A DNA stretch of 20,000 bases, from positions 617,503 to 637,502 of the forward strand of contig MU054033.1 in NCBI GenBank assembly GCA_013239625.1, read 5' to 3'. The notes below the pieces were generated by a model. The model was given only the letters and a program-made list of their open reading frames with translations. It ran no database searches and had not been told where the DNA came from. A program made the translations under genes and the position numbers. Positions 1-9,471 of the stretch are shown piece after piece; the stretch's first letter is position 1; each line of letters opens with the position of its first letter. This stretch comes from Lama guanicoe. Its lineage: Eukaryota.

Positions 1-720
1 TATGGTGTTGTTTCTGGGGATTTGTCATTGCTAGTCCATATGTTCGTTCCCCCTTTTCACTCTATTTTATATCTCTGTCTTCTTGACTGAGATCCTTGAG
101 TGTTAAATTGAAAAGTCAAGTTACATGCGATCCATTTCTGAAAGAATGCAAGTTCTGGGAATTAGGGTATGGGAAGTCGTCCAAGGACATTTGGATATGC
201 AAATAAAGAAGTAATTAAGATGTTTTAAAGTAGCCGTGAAAACAAACATGGAAAGAGGAGCCCTGTCCAGCTGTCAGAACAGTAAAATCATTTGTCAGGA
301 GTAACTAGAGACTGGGTCTTGAAAAGTTGCCATATCTGATACGACATATTAAGCTGTTTGATCTGGAGGACTGGTCGGGCAGCCAGGGAATTCTTACTTG
401 TCAGACACAGCCTCTCTCCTCATCCTGAATAATTAATGAACTCCGAGCCTTCAGACATGACTTGGCAGTATCAGGTCAAATTATGTAGTTACAACCTGGT
501 CTTTCTGCATCAAAAAATTAATTCGCTGCCAAGCAATTTTTAACAGAAAATATTATGTGAATCTCTTAATAGATATCATTTAGAGTGTTCATGTATTTCC
601 ATAACTAAATGTCTTCCAAAGGGATTTTTAAAAAGATTCGTGACAAAAATTTAATTAATAAACAGAATAGCCTACTAACTTTTTTTAAGTCATCATATTT
701 GAATTTGACGATGTGGGTGT

Positions 721-747
721 TACTTAATTTTCTTCTTTCCTTTTTAG
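721..747 (+). promoter_or_regulatory. AUH: 3' splice site of the AUH exon: branch point, polypyrimidine tract, AG
   Basis: TACTTAAT fits yUnAy with the branch A near 727, followed by TTTTCTTCTTTCCTTTTTAG ending at 747. Confidence 0.9.
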
Positions 748-804
748 CTTCCTCTGCAAAAATGGGCCTGGTTGAAACAAAGTTGGCAATTATTCCTGGT
801 GGAG
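748..804 (+). CDS. AUH: Internal coding exon of AUH (methylglutaconyl-CoA hydratase, crotonase family), equivalent to human exon 6
   Basis: Translates (A)[18 protein letters not shown](G), matching the recalled AUH segment [32 protein letters not shown]. Bounded by a polypyrimidine tract plus AG (746-747) and GAG|GTATGA (805-810). 57 nt, phase 1-1. GAA at 774-776 corresponds to catalytic Glu209 of human AUH. Confidence 0.97.
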
Positions 805-2869
805 GTATGAATTGTTCACGCCTGTCTTGATTTGCTCCTCAAAACAGTGAAAAGGCAACATTTTGGGTAAAGAGACTCGTGCTGTGTTGTTTGCTTATTA
901 TTATTCAAAGTGCATCCTTTTAGCCTCTGTGGGTGTGAAGATGGAGGGCGCCTTGCCTGGTGTTCTCTTCTTGTGCTGTGTCCTGTGCTTTTTCTATATG
1001 ATTTCTTAGCTTTTAAATTATTGTAGTGGCCACATTATTCTTGAAAGAGTACAACGATATTTGGAAACTTTTATATGGGTATATAAATGTATTTGCCCTC
1101 AGAGAGCCTTTTCACACCGTCAGACCCCAGTGGAGGAAGGAACAGGGCTTCCCAGGCTGCATGCCAGCTTCCTTGGGTTTCTCTGCAGCTGGACAAAGGT
1201 TGGGGTTAGTGGGCAGCCTGGATTTGGAGCTGAGGAGCTGGTATTTATTCTGTTACTACAAAAAAGATAGGTGAGCTGCTGCTTTTTGGAAGGCTCATTT
1301 AAGAAAGCACTTTTCCAACATTGGTAACGAAGTCTTGCATCACCCAGTAAATCTGAAATTTTGTTCCTTGTCTGATGCAGAGAATTTAGAGACATTCCCA
1401 TTCGGTGGAGTTGTTCTTTCAAAAAATGGACTTCATTTGAGGATGTGTGTGTTAGTAAGTTATTACTGTATGAGTGAAGTGATAGTAATAATGTAAAAAT
1501 CAAAGGTGGTGTTTGAACACTTCAGGCATGTTGTACCTGAATGGGTTAAAGTTATGTGTTTAACCGTATCTTTAAAACAATATGTATGGTGATTAGGGTG
1601 TACAGGTAGGAATTACACCTTAATTTTGTGAAACTGAAGACTGCCCAGATCAGTTTTAAGACTTAAGTTTTCTACTTTGGAATTGCTGAAAATGCTATTC
1701 CTGTAGGTAAAAGCATTTAATATCTACCTGTCCGGCCCTGCCAACCTTTTTCACAGTGACTCATGGAAACACTGAAAGGATGATAAGAAAATGGATCCGA
1801 TGAAAAGAATTATCAGATAACTAACATGTGAGATAAAACAGCTGTTCCCCAAATTGAAAAAGGAAGAAAGAAAGATGAATTTTTAATTTATTTTCTGTTC
1901 TAAAAAGAAAGAAGGAAAGAAGGAGGGGAATTAGAGCGCTCAGGTTTCAGAGGACCAGAACTGGGGTCCCGAGATCTGTCTGTGTCTCGTCCCCAGGGTG
2001 AGCGATTCAGGACATCCCTGCCCGGCTCACCGTAAGCTGTGTTTAGCAGTAACACAGCCCCTTGGCATGGAGTCCAGGAACTCTATTTTAAGGTGTGTCT
2101 ATGAAGTAATGTTAGATTTTTAAATCCTGAGTGTGTGTGTTGTCCTGAACACAGTAGTCATTTTGGAAAGTTTTGTTTATAACCTTTGTCGAAATCTTCT
2201 TAGAATTTACATCAGAATTTGAGCTGATTCTTTGGAATATCTTCTGCCAGTGACTCATCTTTTTCCTCTGAGGGTGAATTTGCTTTTCATAAATAGCAAA
2301 AGACCTTTCTGTGCCAAATCTGATTAATAAGGTCGTAACTGTTTTCAGGAAGAAGAAAAGTGTAACAAAAATAAGACTGCTTTTCTTAAGAGACTTACGT
2401 AACGTCAGACCTTTACCAGTGTTGTGAGCAGGGGACAGCACTGCTGGGTGAGTGGGCTGATGCCCCAGTGACCCCTCTGAAGTCTAGTCCACTTATGAAC
2501 GCCCCTCATGCACTGCAGTGTCGTTTCTTTGTACTGGTAAGTGTGCTCGGTGACCACTTGCTTTATGTCCAGTTAGGGTGTTTTGGGAGTTACTTGCAAG
2601 AAACTTAACATTGTTAGTTGCTGTGGTGGAAACACACAGATACAGATGGAGATGACGCATCTGAAATCTGGTAGGAGAGAGTAAACGTGTGCAGTACCAC
2701 AGCTGCCCTGTTATTACAAAGCTGTTGGCATCAAACAGGAGCAAGGCAGTTTAAGCTGGGGAGCTGTGAGTGTGAGGAAACAGTGGTGGACTGAGTCAGC
2801 GGTACGCGTCAGAGGACAAGACCTGCACGCGGGTCCCAGCACCTCTCTCGCCTCTGCTCACACGCTGTG

Positions 2870-3015
2870 TTTCAGGCACATTTACTCACTTAACTTAGCA
2901 CATGTTTGTTGCGCCGTGCACTGGCGTAGACACTGGGTGTACAGCCATGAGCAAACAAGGGAAGGGCACGGTGCCCTGCAGCTGACGTTCCAGCACAGGG
3001 GCGGGAGACATGGCA
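2870..3015 (-). mobile_element. Decayed L2 LINE 3' fragment
   Basis: CATTTACTCACTTAACTTAGCACATGTTTGTTG...GACACTGGGTGTACAGCCATGAGCAAACAAG...GGTGCCCTGCAGCTGACGTTCCAG resembles the recalled antisense L2 3' end. Confidence 0.6.
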
Positions 3016-3039
3016 AACAGCGAGCTGTGGATTGTGGCC

Positions 3040-3423
3040 AAAGTGCAGCAAACCACGCCCCTCATCCAGACCAGGCCTCATTCCTGCTTATCCCTGGAGA
3101 CGGGGTTCCAGGTGCGTGCCAGACTATGAAATTATTCAGATAAACCAATCGCATCCTCCCTGAGGAACCAGGGGCACACCACGCTCTCGCACTGCAATGC
3201 CTGCCTCTCGTACCCTGTTTGTCACCCTGTTACCAAGCACAGTATCCATGTGGTCCTGCGTGCCATGTGGTACCCTTCCCTGGGCTGTGAGCATATGTGA
3301 CTGAGAAACTGTTAGCAGTCACATACGTGTCCAATGTCCAGTGTCATGTGTTTGGCCGTCCCCAGAAACCTAGGAAAGGAATCCCTCCCTCACCAGTAAG
3401 GAGAAGAGGAGGCAACTGAAACA
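3040..3423 (+). mobile_element. Ancient ERVL-class solo LTR (MER73/MER74/MER54/LTR53-like group)
   Basis: GAAATTATTCAGATAAACCAATCGCATCCTCCC...GGAACCAGGGG...GGGCTGTGAGCATATGTGACTGAGAAACTG...GGAATCCCTCCCTCACC...GAAACA follows the recalled consensus of this group and ends in CA at 3423. The 5' boundary is approximate. Confidence 0.7.
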
Positions 3424-3559
3424 ATTCGCCCTTAACTTCTTGACGTAGTAACCGCTTACCCACGTGAAAAATGGAAATGCACAGCGTTTCAGAGTAGAAA
3501 TGACGGAAGAGGGGGTGAACCTCACGACTGAGCAACAGGAGCTAGGAGTTCCTCGGTCC

Positions 3560-4005
3560 AAGTAACAGAGAAGCAAACAAAAAGCTGAAGAAATGAACTG
3601 GACACCAGGGGCCTACGGAGCAGTGCTCAAATGCTTGACGTTTGTGTTGCAAAAATCTCAGAAGGAAAGGAGAAAGAGGGTGGTTCGAAAAATATTGTTC
3701 GAAAAAATGGCTGAGGATTTTACAGATTTGGTGAAAGACATAAATGAAGGATTCCAGTGAAACCAGTCAAGATGAGCCCAAAGGAACCCATGAGCAGACG
3801 CTTCATAACCAAAATGCTTAGGACTAAGGACCAAAATAATCATCATCATCATCTTGAAAGTCGAAGAGAAATAGCACATTAATAGGGAGCAATGGTTTGA
3901 ATGAGTGGATTCCCCATCAGAAAGTGTGGAGTCCGGAGATCAGTGGAATGGCATTTCCGAAGTGCGGAAAGCAAAGGGCCGTCAGCCTAGAATTCTCGTA
4001 TTCCG
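3560..4005 (+). mobile_element. Old L1 ORF1 fragment, sense orientation, frameshifted
   Basis: Peptide remnants IFEKMAEDFTDLVKDIN-like and DSPSESVESGDQWNGISEVRKAKGRQPRIL match the L1 ORF1p RRM/CTD motif DFSSETMEARRQWNDIFKVLKEKNCQPRILYP. Confidence 0.8.
3839..3853 (+). repeat. (ATC)5 microsatellite inside the L1 ORF1 fragment
   Basis: ATCATCATCATCATC read directly. Confidence 0.9.
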
Positions 4006-5230
4006 AACCTGTTTGTGTCTTTATGTTTACAGTACGTTTCTGGTGGCAGCATGTTGTCGGGTCTTGCTTTTTCATCCCGTCTTACGGTTGAGTCTTAATG
4101 AGCCTTTGAATGTGCTTGCTGTTGTTACGTACAAAGCTCTCGTTTTCGTGTGTTTTCGCTGTGCTCTGTTTTTGTTCCCCCCTTTCCTTTTCACCATTGT
4201 GTGGATTAATTGAATTTTTTAATGATCCTGTTTTATCACCTTTATTGCCTTAGTCACTGTTATAACGCATTCATTGTTTTTCTCTGACCTTTGTCCTGTG
4301 GCTGTGCACTTTTACAGAGGCTGTGAGCCCACGTTGTGTGGTTAACTACTTCTGTTAAATAATTGATTATTCTTTAAAGAGATTTAATTTACTAGGAAAA
4401 TGCCTTAGGTATTTGTGCCCGTAGTTACTTCCAGTTAGACCCAGATTTCATCTCTTACCCTTCCCTCCTCCAGGAGGACTTCCGTTAACATTTCTGCGGT
4501 GCTCATTGGCTGCTGCCGAGCTCCGTCAGCTTTTGAATGTTTGGAAAAGTCTTTATTTTGACTCTATTTGAAAACACTTTTTCTGGGTATAGAATTCTAG
4601 GCTGGCATTTACTTACCTTTCAGTTTAGCCAAGCTGTTGCTTCACTGTTTTCACAGCTGCATTTCTTTCCTGGCAAGGACTCTGCTGTCATTCTTATCTT
4701 TGTGTATGTAATTTTTTTCCCCCTAGAGCTACCTTGTGATTTCCTTTATCACTTTGTCACGGGTTTTAAGCACTTTGAATTGTGATGTGCTTTGGTGTAG
4801 TTTTCATCATGGTCCTTCTGCTTGGCATTTATTGAACTTCAATCTCTCATCCTTTCAGCTCTTTCCCTGGACTCAGAGAGTTTTCTCCCACACTTAATGG
4901 TCAGCACTTTGCTAAGTAAAGAGTTACCCTCTTTAGCTTTCTGGAGCCTTGTGTGTGTGCTGCCCACTCGAGCTGTCTGGGTCGGCCTGGGGTCACAGCC
5001 TGCCTCAGCGGAGAGTGTGCACTGGGCTTGAGCGCCTCTCTGCGCTGAGTCCTGGAGACTCTTTTTGGATGATACGGTTGGGCAGATGCAGGGCTCCCCT
5101 TGCTTGTTTCCCATCTTTCCTCCTTCCCAGCCCTTTATTGTCTCATGTCCAGTGTCATGAAACGCTTTTTGGATGTTTTAGGCACAAGGTAAATCCAGTC
5201 TTTGCTGCCTTATCTTGATTGGAAAGGAGG
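4006..5230 (-). mobile_element. Old L1 (L1M-type), antisense: start of ORF2, inter-ORF region, ORF1 C-terminus and 5' UTR end; partly recopied at 6461-7274
   Basis: ACCTGTTTGTGTCTTTATGTTTACAG...GGGTCTTGCTTTTTCATCC resembles the endonuclease region, TTTTTCTGGGTATAGAATTCTAGGCTGGCA is antisense CQPRILYP, and GGTAAATCCAGTCTTTGCTGCCTTATCTTG resembles an old L1 5' terminus. Confidence 0.75.
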
Positions 5231-8200
5231 TGCTATGATTTCTTAAACACATGCCTTTGCACCCACCTGTCAGTTGCTTGCTTTATGCATGTATTTAGAT
5301 GCAACTGACATATATAACATCATATTAATTTCACGTACACAACATGATGATATTGTAGATGTACATGTCGTGAAATGATCACCACAAGCCTGGTTAATGT
5401 TTTGTAATTCCTTTGTTCTTTTCTTCTCTTGCTCGCTTTGTGGTTTCATGATTTTTTTTTTTTGTAATGGTATGCTCAGATTCCTTTCTCCTTACCTTTT
5501 ATGTATCTACCATAGAATTTTTGTTTTGTGGTTGCCATGAGGCTTACATAAAACAACATGAAACAACTTACATTTATAACAGTCTATTTTAAGTTGGTAA
5601 CAACTCAAGTTTGAATGCATTCTAAATCTCTACTTTAAAAAAAATTGAGATGTAATTGATTTACAGTGTGTTTCTGGTGCACAGCAAAGTGATTCATTTA
5701 TACATATATATTCTTTTTCAGATTCTTTTCCATTATATGTTATTACAAGATAGTACATATAGCTCCCTGTGTTATATAGTAGGACCTTATTGTTTATTTT
5801 GTGTGTAGTAGGTTGTAACTGCTAATCCCAAACTCCTAATTTATCCCTTCCCCTCCCTTTCCCCTTCGGTAACCATAAGTTTGTTTTTTATGTCTGTGAT
5901 TTGGTTTCTGTTCTGTAGGTAAGTCCTTTTGTATCGTATTTTAGATTCCACAATAAGTGGTATTTATTTATCTTTCTCTGTCTGACCTCACTCAGTGTGA
6001 TGATCTCTAGGTTCACGCATGTTGCTGCAAATGGCGTTATTCCATTGGTTTTATGGCTGAGCACTTTTCCAGTGTACACACGTACCACGTTGTCTTTATC
6101 CGTTGACGGCGTGTCAGTGGACAGTTCGGCTGCTTCCATGTCTTGGCCGCTGTAAGTATAAACAGTGCTGCTGTGAACCTTGGGGAGCGTGTGTCTTTTT
6201 GAATTGGAGTTTTCTCCATGCATATGCCCAGGAGTGGGATTACTGGATCATGTGATAACTCTCTTTTTAGTTTTTTTAAGGAACCTCCATACTCTTTTTT
6301 ATACTGGCTACACCGATTCACAGTCCCAGCCAACAGGAGGGTCCTTTTTCTTCACACCCTCTCCAGCGTTTATTATTTGTAGACTTTTTTAGTGATGGCC
6401 ATTCTGGCTGGTGTGAGGTGATACCTCATTGCAGTTTTGTTCTGCATTTTTCTGATAATAGCCCGTAGTTACTTCCAGTTAGACCCAGATTTCATCTCTT
6501 ACCCTTCCCTCCTCCAGGAGGACTTCCGTTAACATTTCTGCGGTGCTCATTGGCTGCTGCCGAGCTCCGTCAGCTTTTGAATGTTTGGAAAAGTCTTTAT
6601 TTTGACTCTATTTGAAAACACTTTTTCTGGGTATAGAATTCTAGGCTGGCATTTACTTACCTTTCAGTTTAGCCAAGCTGTTGCTTCACTGTTTTCATAG
6701 CTGCATTTCTTTCCTGGCAAGGACTCTGCTGTCATTCTTATCTTTGTGTATGTAATTTTTTTCCCCCTAGAGCTACCTTGTGATTTCCTTTATCACTTTG
6801 TCACGGGTTTTAAGCACTTTGAATTGTGATGTGCTTTGGTGTAGTTTTCATCATGGTCCTTCTGCTTGGCATTTATTGAACTTCAATCTCTCATCCTTTC
6901 AGCTCTTTCCCTGGACTCAGAGAGTTTTCTCCCACACTTAATGGTCAGCACTTTGCTAAGTAAAGAGTTACCCTCTTTAGCTTTCTGGAGCCTTGTGTGT
7001 GTGCTGCCCACTCGAGCTGTCTGGGTCGGCCTGGGGTCACAGCCTGCCTCAGCGGAGAGTGTGCACTGGGCTTGAGCGCCTCTCTGCGCTGAGTCCTGGA
7101 GACTCTTTTTGGATGATACGGTTGGGCAGATGCAGGGCTCCCCTTGCTTGTTTCCCATCTTTCCTCCTTCCCAGCCCTTTATTGTCTCATGTCCAGTGTC
7201 ATGAAACGCTTTTTGGATGTTTTAGGCACAAGGTAAATCCAGTCTTTGCTGCCTTATCTTGATTGGAAAGGAGGTGCTATGATTTCTTAAACACATGCCT
7301 TTGCACCCACCTGTCAGTTGCTTGCTTTATGCATGTATTTAGATGCAACTGACATATATAACATATTAATTTCACGTACACAACATGATGATACTGTAGA
7401 TGTACATGTCGTGAAATGATCACCACAAGCCTGGTTAATATTTTGTAATTCCTTTGTTCTTTTCTTCTCTTGCTCGCTTTGTGGTTTCATGATTTTTTTT
7501 TTTTGTAATGGTATGCTCAGATTCCTTTCTCCTTACCTTTTATGTATCTACCATAGAATTTTTGTTTTGTGGTTGCCATGAGGCTTACATAAAACAACAT
7601 GAAACAACTTACATTTATAACAGTCTATTTTAAGTTGGTAACAACTCAAGTTTGAATGCATTCTAAATCTCTACTTTAAAAAAAATTGAGATGTAATTGA
7701 TTTACAGTGTGTTTCTGGTGCACAGCAAAGTGATTCATTTATACATATATATTCTTTTTCAGATTCTTTTCCATTATATGTTATTACAAGATAGTACATA
7801 TAGCTCCCTGTGTTATATAGTAGGACCTTATTGTTTATTTTGTGTGTAGTAGGTTGTAACTGCTAATCCCAAACTCCTAATTTATCCCTTCCCCTCCCTT
7901 TCCCCTTCGGTAACCATAAGTTTGTTTTTTATGTCTGTGATTTGGTTTCTGTTCTGTAGGTAAGTCCTTTTGTATCGTATTTTAGATTCCACAATAAGTG
8001 GTATTTATTTATCTTTCTCTGTCTGACCTCACTCAGTGTGATGATCTCTAGGTTCACGCATGTTGCTGCAAATGGCGTTATTCCATTGGTTTTATGGCTG
8101 AGCACTTTTCCAGTGTACACACGTACCACGTCGTCTTTATCCGTTGACGGCGTGTCAGTGGACAGTTCGGCTGCTTCCATGTCTTGGCCGCTGTAAGTAT

Positions 8201-8499
8201 AAACAGTGCTGCTGTGAACCTTGGGGAGCGTGTGTCTTTTTGAATTGGAGTTTTCTCCATGCATATGCCCAGGAGTGGGATTACTGGATCATATGATAAC
8301 TCTCTTTTTAGTTTTTTTAAGGAACCTCCGTACTCTTTTTTATACTGGCTACACTGATTCACAGTCCCAGCAACAGGAGGGTCCTTTTTCTTCACACCCT
8401 CTCCAGCGTTTATTATTTGTAGACTTTTTTAGTGATGGCCATTCTGGCTGGTGTGAGGTGATACCTCATTGCAGTTTTGTTCTGCATTTTTCTGATAAT
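4417..8499. repeat. Direct tandem duplication of ~2.04 kb: copy 1 4417-6459, junction base A at 6460, copy 2 6461-8499
   Basis: Both copies start GCCCGTAGTTACTTCCAG and end TTTTCTGATAAT. Identical ORFs recur at offset 2044. By eye: about 7 substitutions, one 3-nt indel (CAT near 5320) and one 1-nt indel (near 6330). Confidence 0.98.
5641..6459 (-). mobile_element. Younger cetartiodactyl-type L1 3' fragment, copy cut short by the duplication junction
   Basis: Frameshifted ORF2 C-terminal peptides YGGSLKKLKRELSHDPVIPLLGI, FTAALF and ITPFAATCVNLEIITLSEVRQ, followed by a typical 3' UTR. Confidence 0.92.
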
Positions 8500-8804
8500 T
8501 AGTGATGTTGAACGTGTTCTCAGGAACCTGTTGGGACATCTGTCTGTCTTCTTTGGGAAATGTCTGTTTAGATCTTCTGCCCGCTTATCATTGAGCTGTG
8601 TGAGCTGTTTGTATATTTTGGAGATTAAGCCCTTGTCAGTCATGTCATTTGCAAATACATTCTCCTAGATCGTAGGTTGTCTTTTTGTTTTGTTCGTGGT
8701 TTCCTTTGCTGGGCAAAAGCTTACAACTTTGATTAGGTCCCATTTGTTTATTTTTGCTTTTATTTCTGTTGCCTTGGGAGAGCGGCCTAAGAAAACATTG
8801 CTAC
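7682..8804 (-). mobile_element. Younger L1, 5'-truncated (~1.1 kb), with degenerate target-site duplication
   Basis: ORF2 peptides [46 protein letters not shown] and ELSYDPVIPLLGI. Flanked by AATCTCTACTTTAAAA (7666-7681) and AATCTTTACTTTTAAA (8805-8820), 14/16 identical. Confidence 0.93.
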
Positions 8805-9471
8805 AATCTTTACTTTTAAATCTTTTCATTTTTATTCTTCCCACACGTTGTGCGTTACTGATGTTACATTTTGCATCTTGTTCTCTCGTGTGTGCATTGA
8901 CAGATTATCGTAGTTACAATTATTATTTTGTTTTTTTCTTGCCTTCCTATGAGCGTTATGAGTCATTAACCCATTACCTTTACATCAGGTTGTTCTGAAC
9001 TATATTATGTATACGGGAAATGTCTGTTTAGATCTTCTGCCCACTTATCATTGAGCTGTGTGAGCTGTTTGTATATTGTGGCTATTAAGCCCCTGTCAGT
9101 TGTGTCTTCTGCGAATATTTTCTCCTAGTTCGTAGGTTGTCTTTTTGTTTTGTTCGTGGTTTCCTCTGCCGGGCAGAAGCGTCCGAGTTTGATTAGGTCC
9201 CATTTGTTTCTTTTTGCTTTTACTTCTGTTGCCTTGGGAGAGCGGCCTAAGAAAACATTGCTACAATCTTTACATTTAAATCTTTTCATTTTTATTCTTC
9301 CCACACGTTGTGCGTTTTTGATGTTACATTTTGCATCTTGTTCTCTCGTGTGTGCATTAACAGATTATCGTAGTTACAATTATTATTTTGTTTTTTTTTA
9401 CCTTCCTATGAGCTTTATGGGTCATTAACCCATTACCTTTACATCAGGTTGTTCTGAACTATATTATGTAT
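8555..9471. repeat. Direct tandem duplication of ~458 bp: copy 1 8555-9012, AC at 9013-9014, copy 2 9015-9471
   Basis: Both copies start GGGAAATGTCTGTTTAGATCTTCTGC and end GAACTATATTATGTAT. About 30 substitutions and one indel by hand count (~93% identity). Confidence 0.97.

Noticed and set aside
609..830. 73-aa ORF as a complete gene
   Set aside because: Only 748-804 matches AUH; the rest is intronic read-through on both sides of canonical splice sites.
2534..2542. Strong donor CTG|GTAAGT
   Set aside because: No convincing paired acceptor or AUH-like peptide; isolated donors are common in long introns.
1930..2850. Possible MIR remnants near 1930-2070 and 2775-2850
   Set aside because: Similarity too weak to support by eye.
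4822..7262. Identical ORF pairs (69, 89 and 91 aa) suggesting duplicated small genes
   Set aside because: They lie in a decayed L1 5' region and recur only because of the 2-kb duplication; no recognisable protein family.
5888..8643. L1 ORF2-like ORFs as an active or domesticated reverse transcriptase system
   Set aside because: Only C-terminal fragments split across frames, with no RT or endonuclease domain.
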